Below, in pieces: positions 10,929 through 23,221 of a stretch of 50,967 nt of DNA. The notes below the pieces were generated by a model. The model was given only the letters and a program-made list of their open reading frames with translations. It was not told the DNA's origin and did not search any database. The first letter of the stretch is position 1. Every line of letters starts with the position of its first letter. Position numbers and translations under genes: made by a program. Source of the stretch: Geosiphon pyriformis uo1 (Eukaryota > Fungi > Glomeromycota); contig JAAOMT010000393.1 of the NCBI GenBank assembly GCA_016748015.1, positions 1 to 50,967 on the forward strand, written 5' to 3'.

Positions 10929-13900
10929 CTATACACTAATATTAATATGAGGTTTACCATCCAGACCCGAAAAAAAAAGACAAGGCCTAAGATGACCAAA
11001 ACTGACAGCAAAAGACTCGGCAATACCAAGCATTCTTACCACACCATTGAAAAGCACAGAAGACACACAATGAGACAGACCCGACAGTAAACCATTATTA
11101 CCAACCAAGCCAGCCTTCTCCATGTTTGCCCTGAACCTAGATCTAACCAACCAGATCCTAGATTGATGCAACTCAGCCAAAAACTTCATAAAGTCAATCA
11201 CAACACGGGAAGCCTTATTAATATTATCGAAAACACTTGCCGTCTCAGTACACCAAACCTTTATCACAAAACTTTTACACAAAACCAATTATCTGCCAAT
11301 GTTCAAATGACAAGAATCAAGGACCTGAAGAACAGAAGAAGAGGATAGGTCACAGACACCAACCAAAAAAGTCCACTGTGCAGAAGCCTCCAGCAAAATC
11401 TCCCTCCAGATATAGACATCCTGAGAACAAGTGAAAACATGGTTTGGCAGCTCTATCTCACTACACAATAAACACTGAACACCTGGGTAACATCTGTTAT
11501 ACAGTCTCTTTCTGACCACCACTGGCAACCTCTTATGTAATGCCTTTATCAAATATGTACAAAGATCCGCTGACTTGTAACTAGTAAACCCAGCAAGCAT
11601 GTATAAGTCAAGATGCCAGACCTTTACAGAAGCAGCCCAATCAAAATTCCCTAACATGTTAGCTGAAACCACATCCCGACCAAGACCAGTCTCCCAACGA
11701 GCACAACAAATAGACCTGAACACATTCCTGACAAAGTAGTGGGCATTGCCTAAAACTACCATGTCATTAGCCACCAAAAAATGCTTCCGTATCCTCATTG
11801 GCAAAACAAAAGAGGAGCAAATAGTCTCACCAGCAAATCTATTGGCTTCAACATTGCCAAGAACACCAGCATGACCTTTGACTTTGACCCAACTCACCCT
11901 AAGATCCTTATCTCTAATTAAATTGAAAACATGCCTCCTTTTGACCCAGCAGCAACTGTGGAAATTTGGAACCCCAAGCAACAACTCAGAAACGCACGCA
12001 TTGATAGCAGCTTGGCTGTCAAGATACAACACCACAGAACTAGATGAGAAAACACATTCCAAAGCCAGAGCAACAGCCTGCAACTCCACTATAGTAGAGG
12101 ACAAAAAGCCACAAACTTTGACTCCAACACCCAATTTCAGAGCTGGAAAATACGCAGTCACACCACTCGACACATCAGCAGACCCAGCCCCCTTCAAAAA
12201 CCCATCCGTATATGCCTCAAAACAGCCAGACCAAATCCCATGTAAACTATCCTGCACGGAGGAGAAAATATTAGACTCCAAAATATTCAAACTACCAGAT
12301 TGGACGGCAACAGATGGGTGAAAAGAAGAAAGACCCTGATTCAAAAAGTACTTAAAAGCAACTATGAACCAAAGAGGCACAAAGCCTTATGGATCCAAAC
12401 GCTTCCAATGATGAAATGTCTTCCAATCCAACAACAACCCCTTTTTGTCAAAAAGCTAATCACTGAAAGCAACACCAAAATACTTAAGAGAATGAACAGA
12501 ATCAAAGTACAAAGACTTCCCAAGAATTGATAGCATCGGAAAACAACCAAGATAATGGAAAGCATTGGGAAGATTGTTTACCAAAGAAAGATCAATATTC
12601 ATAAAAATCTTTATCACACCTGCTAAAAAATTGTTTACTGGACTAACATGCAACTTGACAGGGTACTGAAACAGATTCAAAAGGGGCCCAACTCAAAACC
12701 TGTAAATCCAAAAACCTATGCTCAAACAAGCAGCCAAGAATACCGGGTGCATTAGCAAATGACACCAAAAAAGCCATCTTCCCCTCAGACTGCACCTGCT
12801 TAAAGGATTTCAAACCATACAGAAAAAGATGATGCAGAGCAGCATCAGAAAAATCATGAGGTAGACGTGCCTTAGATTTGAAGCCCTTCCTAACTAAAAC
12901 ATCCCACTTGCGGCAAACACCAGATGAAAAAAAACTAAACTGCATACAGTAACTAATAATGGGCTGCAAAACAGCCGACACTAAATATGAAAACTGCTTA
13001 TCTGTAATTGTCTTCTTGAGCACCCTGTTGACAAAAAAACAAATATCTGAGTGAGCCTTGGCCAAACTCAGTTTAGACAACCCTTCAGTTGACAAAAAAA
13101 TCCCCAAATATCTGTGAGCTTTGCTCTTTCTGACAACAGAAATCAGCCGACCACTTATATTCAATACTGCAACTTTAACACTCTGATTAATAGGTATTGC
13201 CACTGTTTTCTCATTGTTTATGGAAATATCATTAATATAAAAGAACTCACTAGCAATATTTAAAGCATATTGCATGGAAGCTTGACAATCTCCAACCCAA
13301 ATTGTATCGTCCACAAAAATGCCAGCAGTAAAAAATGAAGACATCCCACCACCATTCTCAATTTTGCCAGTCCTTGCCACAAACTTAGTATCAATATAAT
13401 AACCACACAAATGTTCATGCCTTTTAACTTTACACAAAAGTGGGTTATAAAAGATTCTCCAAAGGAGAGGCGAGAAGACTTCACCCTGATCAAGGCCATC
13501 ATGCACCCTATAACCATTCGAAAGACCAAAATCAGTCATCATCCTATTAACTCTGTTCTCATGAATGCTACCAAAAAAGTCAATAAACCTACCACACATT
13601 TTGATATGCTGCAGACTAGCTCTTAAATGGTGCCAACCAACAGAATCGTATGCTTTGTGCATATCCTGTAAAACTAACCAAAGTTCCTTATTTTTCTTAA
13701 AAGCATCCTCAACCACCGATCCAACAGCAAACACAGGAGATTGTATTGACGTACCCTTTAATACTGAGAAATTGTCACCATGGAGAATGCCAAATCTACT
13801 GCACACAAAAGAAATCCTATCTGAAAGATAGAGAGAATCTTTCTGGCCATCTCTATCAAAGCAATGGAGCAAGTGTTTGTCAGAACTCTATCCCAATCAT

Positions 13901-15616
13901 AAGACTTAGGGATCATTGAGACCCAGGCCCTCTTCCATAAAGCAAGTACAGAACCAACAAACAAACACATATTCAACAAAACCAAGAGACACTCCATTAC
14001 TTCCTCATCACTCTACTTCCAAAGTCCGTTAAAAATGCCAGACAAACCAGCAGCCTTGCCATCAGGCAAACCACCAACAACCAAAAGCAATTCATCCAAA
14101 GTAATAGCATTCATAACATCAGAAAAAGCATCATCTTTAACATGAGCCAAAGGAGCATACTGATGGGCCCAGAGATCAGGCAGTACTGAAAGCACTATCT
14201 GCTTCCTTGTCCAAACCTCCATGATACTGTTAACCTTCAATTTTACCTTCTCAGGCTCCAAAACAAGCTCATCATCAATGACTAAATGATCTAACACAAC
14301 CTTTCAAAAGGGCTGATCCAAGACACTTCTGATTATGCTACCCTTGTCAGAACAAAACTTTCCCATGCACTTTTTAATAGTTTCCTTGATAGAAACCTTC
14401 TGTGCCAAAGTCGATTCATACAATTTGGACTTTCTGTACTTTTTTTTGATGACTGACAAGAACTTAAGAATGGCAACCTTCCCCTAACCCAATTGAACCA
14501 TATTCATCAACATGAGAGCCTTGTCAGCATCCAATGTAGACCATTTCTTTACAAGACGATTAAAACCAAAGACATCAGCCAAGCCAAACTTTTTAACAAT
14601 TTTGACAATTAGCAACTTCAAGCCCAGAAACTTGGAGGATTGTTTATTTTTCAAACACTGAAATTCATTGAACCAACACCAAGAAAAGATTTCATCCACA
14701 GAATCCACTAATATCTTTTCCAGCAGAAACCACATAGCATCCAAATTTTGCTCAGCAGCAGCAGCAAGAAAATCATCTTTTATGCTCAAAACCATGGCAG
14801 AAAAGCAATCCCTGAAACAAGACAATCCAGTAACATCCACATCCTTGATATTAAACTTCCAGTGATCTCTGTTAGCCTGCTTGTGCAAGCTATTCAAATG
14901 GACATCCAAGAGCCTGCCCAAACCAACAGAGACCATAACAGCATTGTGATCAGTGTCGAAAAAGTCTAAAACTGGGCCAATCTTATGGCCAGCCACAGTA
15001 GAAGCCAAATTTTCACTAACAAAAATGAAATCAATAGTCCTTTCAACCCTCCTAGAATTACCCCATGTAGTAGCCCAACCAAAGGATGACCAGAAAACAA
15101 ATTAACCAAACCCAAACTCAAGCAGAACCTAAGGCTTGCACTCCTTCCAGACCCATTTTTGTTGAAGTTTCCACCCAAAACAACAAAGGTGCTGGAGTTA
15201 ACAGCCTTTGCAATAAGAGAATTTACCTCAGAAGCCTGACCAAAACGAACACCAGTGGAAACACCAGCATACAAACCAATAACAGAAACCAAAAGTTTAT
15301 TCTTAAACAGAAGCCATATAGTGACAAAATGGCCAGGAACTTCCTCAACCTTAGAGACATGACGAGCCAAAGACTTGTTTATGATAACAGCAATACCAGC
15401 ACCATGAAAACCAATGTCCAATCCAGAAGTGAAGATACGGACACCTTCATATTTATCCTTAATCTATAGACCAACAGAGGATCTTAATTTTGTTTCAGTT
15501 AAAAAAGAGATTGTAGAGCCAGAATCCACGTGCCAATGGAGAACATCTACTTGCTTAGCAGGAACATTGAGACCCCATACATTACATGTAGCAAAATTCT
15601 AAACCAGGTCACTCAT
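10929..15616 (-). pseudogene. LINE ORF2 (APE-RT-RNase H-CCHC), disrupted
   Basis: Contains LGGNFN, FDTDH, LQDMHKAYDSV, GLDQGEVFSPLLWRIFY, IFVDDTIW, YTDG, LDSQAA, KVKGHAGVLGNVEAN and CLLCSEIELPNHVFTC. Confidence 0.93.
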
Positions 15617-17502
15617 TAGATTAAAGGGGGTAAGAACGAACCCAAACCAGAACACAAAATATCTAATCTTGCCAGGATCAAACCGAATGAAGCTTCCAGA
15701 GCAGACAATTTGGATTCCAAACCACTTACCTTAGAGATAAGCACTTTAGAACCACTCGAACTAAAACCAGCAGCAGGCTCATCACCACCAGAAAGAGGGG
15801 GGACGGATGGAGCCAACACATCATCCAGAGCCATATCTGAATCTGCAACCAGAGCCGAAAGCACTAAACCAGCCACAGAAGGAGCATGAGAAGTGGACAC
15901 CAAAGGCATCAGATCAACAAAACTCAATTTCTTAAGAATAATAGAAACTTGATCTGAAAGAATTTCTAAGGAACACTCCAGAACCGCCAAATGATTATCC
16001 AAACCATTGATTTAAGGACCAGAAGAACCAAAAGAGAGAGGCTTATCACTAGAGAACAAACCAGAACCAGAAGAGAAGTCACCAGAAGGGGAGGCAAGAG
16101 ACACCACTTGAGCCCACAATTTTCCACCAAAGGCAGCAGGGCAAAAGATAGAAACATTTTTTTTCGCATACAACCTGGCCAACTGGAGATGATCAAAACC
16201 AGAAGCAGACTTCTTAAATGTATTTGGGAGGCCAGAAAATAACACAACAGATGCATCACACTCCAGAATAGAATGGCCAAAACACCCACACTTCCCACAC
16301 CAAACCAAATCCAATCTAGCCCATAAGAAACACACCCCACTGAAAATAGGCTCAGTAAGAAAAGCAGATTCCAACTCCTTATTAGATTCAAAGCCAATTA
16401 CAGCACAACGAGATCTATTGCCAGTTTCCAATAAACAATTGATGATGCAAGTTTTTCCACCAGCTTTTTCCAAAAGAGTGCCAAGATCATGTGCAGTTGT
16501 TTCCACCAACAAAGTAAACAACAGTGCTCTAAACTGATCTCTAGAAGCCCATGAATCACGATCTCCCACGGCCATAGCCACACAAACTGAATCTTTCCCA
16601 ATTAGGAACGACCATCTTAAAGCCAATTGCACAGCCTGATCTGATTTGGCAAACTCCACCACTGCTTTTTGCCACATGCCAATCAGTTGAATTTTGATTG
16701 ACCTAATTTCACCAAACTCGGCTACTGTGGCGATGATCATTTTTTTAAGTGTGTCCATGGAAATTTCTTTGATCACCACAGCTTGATCTGAACACACTCC
16801 TTGTTTCTTGAGATCAATGTTTACAATGATGTTGTTATCCCTAGCCAATGAGGTGGCCTTTTCCATGTTTGCTTCAGAGGTAAAGATAGATCTAATGATT
16901 TCTTCAAATTTTGAAGGGGTAATGGCCCCCCCAAAACCATTGATTTTTGAAAAAAGTTTCCTGATCAACTGGGTCTTTAATGTAGCTGATTTTCTTTCCA
17001 CAGCTGAGAGATTAATATCCAGAGCAAAAGACTTCTTAACAGCCACTTCCATAGGAGTTTTAACTATCTTAGAATCAACCCAAATTCTATCCAAAGGAAT
17101 CTTTTTCATGAGTGGGGCCAGGAGGGGCTTTACCTCTTCATCCATTTCAAAGTCGAGAGAACCAATAGGAGAACCAAAATTTGCACCAGTATTAACCCTT
17201 TTAGCTTTGGGGGTGTTAACAGCTGAATCCAAGAGGGAGCCATCAAAACTACCAAACATACTAACATTTTCATCATCACCAGATAGACTATTCGCATCAG
17301 AAAATGAACCAGTACCAGAACCAGACTTCAGAGATATATCTTTCTCATCACCAGAGTGTTTAACATTGCCAAGAATTTTCTTTTTCTTCTGAAAGAAAGA
17401 ACCACCAACAGGACCATGAAAAACACCCTTAGGCATCCTCTTTTTAGACATGTTGCCACCTGAAGCAACCTCCAAATCTACAATGAAAGGGTTATTAGAC
17501 AA
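15613..17502 (-). pseudogene. LINE ORF1, largely open (496 aa stretch plus frameshifted C-terminus)
   Basis: Contains KKSFALDINLSAV, FSKINGFGGAITPSKF, IKIQLIGMWQKAVVEF and the knuckle CGKCGCFGHSILEC. The C-terminus is heptad-like (KVSGLESKLSALE). Confidence 0.88.
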
Positions 17503-17848
17503 AGAAATATTGATAAAGTATTAACAAGAAAAATAAAAAAAACTTCTTTTTCAAAAAAGTACTTGTTGGAGTTTTTTGGATGTAAGAGAGAAAGAAGTTT
17601 TTTTTTTCTTGTTTATTAAAAATATTAATATTTAAATTATTTAAGTTATCAAATTCTATTATTTTAAATTTTAAATTTTTAATAACATTAAATAATACAA
17701 TTAATAAGTTTATTTTAGTAAGTTAAAAAATAAAGTTGTTTATATATATTTAATTTTATATATATTTTTAATTAATTATAAATATTAAGCAAAATAATAA
17801 TTAAAAAATAAATATATTTTTTTTTAAACTCTTTGTCTTTTTAATTTT

Positions 17849-20845
17849 ATGACCATAACCAGAACAAACAGTAAAAAAGCTGTACCTGATATCTTTCTTG
17901 AAATATCTAATAAAATTTCAACCAGAAAAGCTCTCTTTATTATAGAAGCAACTAGACAAAACGTTTTAGAAGTCTTCTTTTTACTCAGTAATCATGAAAA
18001 GCTGTCTTTAGTAGCCACTGAAGCAATTTTTTCTTTTTTGGCTGGTTTTTTATCAGTCAAAGTTTCCTTAAAGAAACACACTTGGGTTAATCCCAGTGTT
18101 GTCTCCACTCTTACTAAGGGCCCAAAAGTATTTAATAATAGACTAGTTAACAAGCTGATATTTCTTTCCATAGTTTTAATGTCTGGTGTTTTTAACACTT
18201 TTTTTTCAAAAAAAATGATCAAAAAAACCAAAAGTTCAGAAAAATAAGGGCAGTTGCTTGTCTTTGCTATTATTACATTGAACCCCTTTGTGGTTTTAAA
18301 TAAGATTTTGAATAAAATTTCTGTTGTATTATTTGGCACATTATCTAAGATAGGCCAAGATTAACTACTGGCTGTATTGCCAAATGTAATGTCTTTTGGT
18401 GGATCATTGCCAGTTTTAAAAGCAAAGCAATCATTTCCTGTGGTGTTACCTGTTCTTGAGAACTGGACTGACTAAATAGAAACTAAAGCATCTCCTCCTC
18501 TGGTTTTTGGTGCTACCATTGGTGGTGCTTGAGAAATTATTACTAATTGTTAAAGGTTTACTAGATGGGTGGCCTCTACTCTGGTGCCTAATGCTACTTT
18601 TAAAATTAAATTGGCTCATGTTAAGACTGTTTTTTAATTAGTACATAGTTTTTTGAATGTAAAGTTGGTATCAAAAGACAATGTAAAGCTGTTTTGTGTG
18701 AAGTTTGCTTCTCAAGTGTCTTTGGAAGCTGCATTTTTGGTTAAGCTTACAAGCTCTATACATTTGGCTATTCTTAAAATTACCAAGTCTTTGGTAGTTT
18801 CTGAATCTGGTTCTCTTTTTGCTACTGTTATGCTGCATGATATGCTCTTGAGTGTGTCTGCTGCTAATATTAAGACAGTTCTTAGTGTATTTGGTAATAT
18901 TACTTATATTGTGCTGAAGTCTGCTAGCATTTAACAGTATGTGGTAGTTTATTTTGAGAAGTTGGATTCTGTTGTATCTGTTTTGAATCATTAGTCAGTT
19001 TTGGTGGACAAAGATAGTGTTAAAATTCTCCTCTTGGTAAATCAAAATAAGACTATTTTGTTTCATAATAAATTTAAGACCAAATTAATCAATCTTCTTT
19101 CTGGATACACAGCTTTTGAAATTAGTGATATGATTTCTCAAGTTGGTGGTTGGTGTTACTCATAAAATATAAAAATTATAGTAGTATATATATTAGTCAA
19201 TTAAAAGTAGATATAGTAAAATATGGAATTCCAAAATTTCTTTCAGTGGAATTACAGAATTCCAGAAATTACAAGATTCTTATACAAGAAATTACAGGAT
19301 TCGAAAATTCCTGGATTCCTCTCAAAAAATTGCAGAATTCTAGAAATTTTAAGATTTTTGACAAGAAAAATGAAAAAATTGAGGAATCTTAAATATATAT
19401 ATATAGCAGTAGTATTAAAAATAGAAAAAACAGATCTCACAATTAGATTTAATCTAAGCAATCTTCTAATTTACAAATATTAATAAATAATTATTTGTTA
19501 TTTCAATTCACTTTTCACTATTAATACTTCATGTTGATAGTAACTGATATTTAACAACACTAGAACAATAGTTCTTGATCACAGCTATTGATAAGATATT
19601 AATATTTATTGCCTTGGCTTATTTTTTATTTTTTTTTATTTTTATTTTTTATTTTTTGTATTTTATTTTTTGTATTTGTTTTATTTAATTACTAATTTGA
19701 TTAAAAGGATTAACATATAAAAGTACTGATGTTAGGATATAAATAACTAGTAAAAGACCCAGGAATAAAGATAAAACACTCGATTGAGGATAGCTTACCA
19801 GAAAGATTACCAGCCATCATACTGAAAAAAAAATTGACAGAATTGTGGTTTCAAGAAGCTATAGATAAAACAATTAGTAAATCTCTATCTATTATACAAA
19901 AAATTCAAACAAAACCTTCAGATTACAAAATCTTCAAATATTACCAACTAGATCAACTATTGAGCACCAAATTACAGATTTGTTATTTAAATTCAACACC
20001 CAAATAATAATCTATAATATTGAACATATTTTATCTCTTATTTATTTGAGTTTGGTCGTCATTTCTAGTTTGCTTTGGTTATATTTGGTTCTCAAACTGA
20101 TTTAGATTCTGTTATTGTCAAAATTAGTACACTGAGGAAATGTTGTATTTGGTAGAAAACTCCTGGTTGTCAGTATTGTTTCAAATGTTAAGAGCTAAGC
20201 CATCTGGCTGTGGACTATAAGGTTTTTCCATCTCTTCCTCTCAAGTTTTTTAAGGTATTTACACCATACTTTGTTGGTCCTAAGTCTTATGCCAAGGCTT
20301 TTGCTTTCTTGAACTCCTCTGGATTTTTACTTCTGTTATTTCTTGCCTCTTTTCCAGTTGTTGTTGGTAATCTTTTGGTGCTGTTCCAATTGTCTTCTTT
20401 GAAATCTGATTTAACTAAGCTTTCTGCTTTGGTTGAGTCTATTGTTAAGTCTATTGATTCTTTGGTTATAATTTTTAAATAGTTTATTAATAGTAATTTA
20501 GTTTTAAGTAGTGCTTTTGGTTTTAGGATCAATGAAGTTTTGGTGCATATGAATTCTTTTAGTAGGACTGTTGATAAGCTGGGAAGAGAGATAATCTTTT
20601 TGAAAAAAGAGTGCTGCATAAAAAATATTGATATGTCTGGTGATTTGGAATATCTAATTGGTGTAAATAATAATACATTTTCTAACTTGATGTTTCTTTG
20701 GACTTATGAACCAATTCATATCAAAACTAATTCCTTGAAAACAGTTGAATGGCTAATTGGATTGATTTCTAATAGTATTACTTTGTTTAGTATTGTTCAG
20801 AAAATGTCTTCTTTGGGTAAGTTTTCTTTTAAGACTTCAACATAG
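17849..20845 (+). pseudogene. Divergent ORF1-like protein (long S/T/K-rich N-terminus, RRM-like segments, CCHC, extended helical C-terminus), disrupted
   Basis: Segments homologous to family ORF1 include SVLVDKDSVKI (compare WSFLIGKDSV), TAFEISDMISQVGG (compare TAHDLGTLLEKAGG) and knuckle remnant CFKC..LSHLAVDY at about 20177-20218. Confidence 0.75.
19154..20019 (+). mobile_element. Internally deleted LTR retrotransposon remnant (5' LTR about 19154-19556, short internal part, 3' LTR tip)
   Basis: TGTTA...TAACA bounds 19154-19556. Inside are repeated gaattc/aattaca motifs, a TATA run near 19394 and AATAAA at 19482. tttgttattt(c/a)aattca occurs at both about 19494 and 19979. The 4-bp flanks are ttgg and ttga, and the host ORF1 rejoins across the insert. 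Confidence 0.65.
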
Positions 20846-20962
20846 TATATTCTTAATTAGTCTGAATGACTAGTTATGTGTAGAAAACACATAATTAGCA
20901 TTTAGTTTAGATCACTTAGTTTGATGTATTGTGCTAGGTAGCTTTTGGGCTGTACTCATTAA
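20846..20962 (+). other. Conserved structured 3' UTR RNA element (copy 3)
   Basis: aattagtc tgaat gactagtt; tatgtgt/acacata; agc-a-tttagt/gctagg-t-a-gct; tactcattaa. Confidence 0.8.
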
Positions 20963-21014
20963 GCAATAAATAAATAAAAATAAAAAAAATAAATAATATA
21001 AAAAATATAATTTT

Positions 21015-21108
21015 ATTAAACTTAAACAAGTTTATAAACTTTAAAAATTTGGTTTAATTTAAATTTAATTTATAATTTAAACTAAACTAAAGTTTAATTT
21101 AGTTTAAA
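21015..21108. repeat. Degenerate short-motif array similar to 26-210
   Basis: ttaaacttaaacaagttt...tttggtttaatttaaattt...aaactaaactaaagtttaatttagtttaaa. Confidence 0.3.
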
Positions 21109-21139
21109 TTTTTTTTTTTATTATGTTTAATGAGTAAGG
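21109..21139 (-). other. Displaced 3' terminus and poly(A) tail of copy 5
   Basis: The reverse complement ccttactcattaaacataataaaaaaaaaaa matches family 3' ends. The copy 7 tail is also ttaaacataataaaaa. Confidence 0.7.
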
Positions 21140-21277
21140 AAAAAGAAAAAACTTTTGGTCTTGTCGATCTCCTAACCATGATGAAAGCATAGATATTTTT
21201 GAAGTATTCGCTTTTCTTCCTTCTTTTTCCCTTAGTCCCTGTTAGCTATTTCTTCTACTACATCTCTGTTTGTCACA

Positions 21278-23221
21278 ATGGAACCAGTAAGCTCTTTTGC
21301 TGGTGGCTTTGGGTTGATTTCGGCTGGTTTGGGGATCCACCAAAGTGTGAAAAGCAAGCATGTAGATACAATATACTTTCAAGGTGCATCCTACAAAAAG
21401 CCAAAGAAGCCTGTTACTGGTGTTGTAGTTGACTTGTCTGCTGGCCCTCTGGGCTTGGAAAATTTTGGTAGTGCTGGCATCAAGCCTGGGTTATCTTAGA
21501 GAAGTGAAGTTGGCAGTGTCACTAGCAGTGTAAGTAATCTCTTAGACATCAAAAATATGGTAAATACAATTGCCGAGAGAACCAATTATGTGGAATCAGG
21601 TAAAGACAAAAACATAGATGAGATGATGCCAAGAAAGACTCGCACTTGGATGTTTGTGCTGGACAATCCTCTGAAGCGGCCTTCATTTGAACGTATAAGT
21701 AATGACAATGTTGTGCTAGATCTTCCTTCTTGTGTGAATATTGAGTCCAATCAGTCGCCGCCACTCAGATCACGTGCCCTGGAAATACAGAACTTTGATA
21801 TGACAAAATCCTTCGCACTTAATATTGAGCTTTCTGCAGTGCCTGGCAAATTAGTTAGTGATAAATTAATTTCATTAAAAAAAATTTTTTATCATGTTAA
21901 TAGTTTTGGAAGAGCCTCTACTCCCTCAAAATTTCCTGATATCATTAGATCATCCTTTACATCAGAATTTAGTTTGAATAAGACTAGGGAAATGGCAATC
22001 TGTGAAAATATTTTGGTTAATGATGATGTCAAAAAAGCAAACAGCCATTCAGATTGGAAGGTGATTGTCAAAGAGATCCCAATAGATCTTCCCAGATCAG
22101 CAGTGGAATTAGTTTTCTCTAAATTTGGCAAGATTGTGTCTATCAAGATGCAGCTAATTGGTCTTTGGCAAAAGGTCCTAGTTGAATTTAAGTTGTCTGA
22201 AGTTGCCAGTCAGGTCGCTTCTATGTGGTCTGTTTTTATGGGAAAAAATTCTGTGCATGTGGCTTTGGCAATCAATAATAAATAAATGTGGGTATCTAGG
22301 GATCAGCATTGGACATTGCTATACACTCTACCAGTGGGCACTACTGCCTATGATCTTTTTGATTTGTTGGTATCCTATGGTGGGAAGTCTTGTTTTATCG
22401 GCCACAATCTTAGTTCATATGTTTATGATAGGTGTGCTGTAATTTGTTTTGGTGATGAAACATCCAAGTTGGCTGCTATTGGCACAGTTCCTATTTTCAA
22501 GGGTGCAAATTTGCATTGGGCTGGTCTCTTTCTGGCCTGTTGTAGTTGGTGCAAACAATTTGGTCATATTTCTGTTAACTGTTTGATGGGTGGGAATTCT
22601 GGTGGTTGTGGAAGGTGGGTGGTTTCTGATTAGGATCGAGTTTGTTTGGCCAGAATATATAAGAAAAAAATGGCTCCTATTGCATGGCCTGTTTTATTTG
22701 GTGGTAAGACATGGGCTCAGATTGCCGGTGGCTCTTCTTCTCATATGGTTCTTTTGGATGCTTTTGGTGTTAGTTCAACCTCAAGCGTGAACTCTCTCTC
22801 AATGTTCTTTGGGTCCCTCGATGTCTCTGATTTAGGCAGTCATTTGGCGTCTTTGGAATGCTCCTTGGAACTCTTAGCTGACCAGGTTTCTGGCATTATG
22901 AAAAGATTGAGTTTTGTTGAGTTGGTGCTCTTGGTGCCTTTCTCTTGTGCTTCCCCTCCAAATGTTTCTGTGCCTGTGATTTCAGTTGTGGAATCAAATA
23001 TGGCTCTGAATGGTGAGTTGACTTTGTCTACACCCTCTGTTTCTGGTGCTGATGTGTCTGATGCTGTTCTTAGTTCGAATGGTTCGAAGGTTCTTACCTC
23101 TAAGATGAGTGGTTTGGAATCTAAGATGTCTGCTCTGGAAGCTTTAATTGGTTCAGTTCTGGTGAGATTGGATTTCTTGTGTTCTAGTTCTGGTTCCCAT
23201 GCTCCTTTTTTGTCCCAATGA
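21278..23221 (+). pseudogene. LINE ORF1, disrupted by a few stops
   Basis: Starts MEPVSSFAGG. Contains KSFALNIELSAVPGK, SIKMQLIGLWQKVLVEF and CSWCKQFGHISVNC, and ends FLSQ-TGA. Confidence 0.88.

Larger units (their letters stand above)
10799..17607 (-). mobile_element. Non-LTR retrotransposon copy 2, full length and degenerate (ORF1 type a + ORF2 type X)
   Basis: A 10-bp TSD cttgtttatt lies at 10789-10798 and 17608-17617. The 5' hairpin is at 17535-17605, the 3' UTR at 10811-10928, and an A tail is present. Confidence 0.95.
17826..20990 (+). mobile_element. Copy 3: ORF1-only non-autonomous LINE partner, interrupted by an LTR-element remnant
   Basis: A single divergent ORF1-like reading frame ends at TAG 20843-20845. 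It is followed directly by the family 3' UTR and an AATAAA-rich tail, with no APE, RT or RNase H sequence. Confidence 0.82.

Noticed and set aside
12643-13872. Retron, DGR, group II intron or telomerase-type RT
   Set aside because: The APE domain, ORF1, poly(A) tails, variable TSDs and 5' truncation (copy 7) identify non-LTR retrotransposons.
19150-19483. Short ORFs (80, 86 and 69 aa) as genes
   Set aside because: They lie in the repetitive LTR-like segment and have low-complexity translations.
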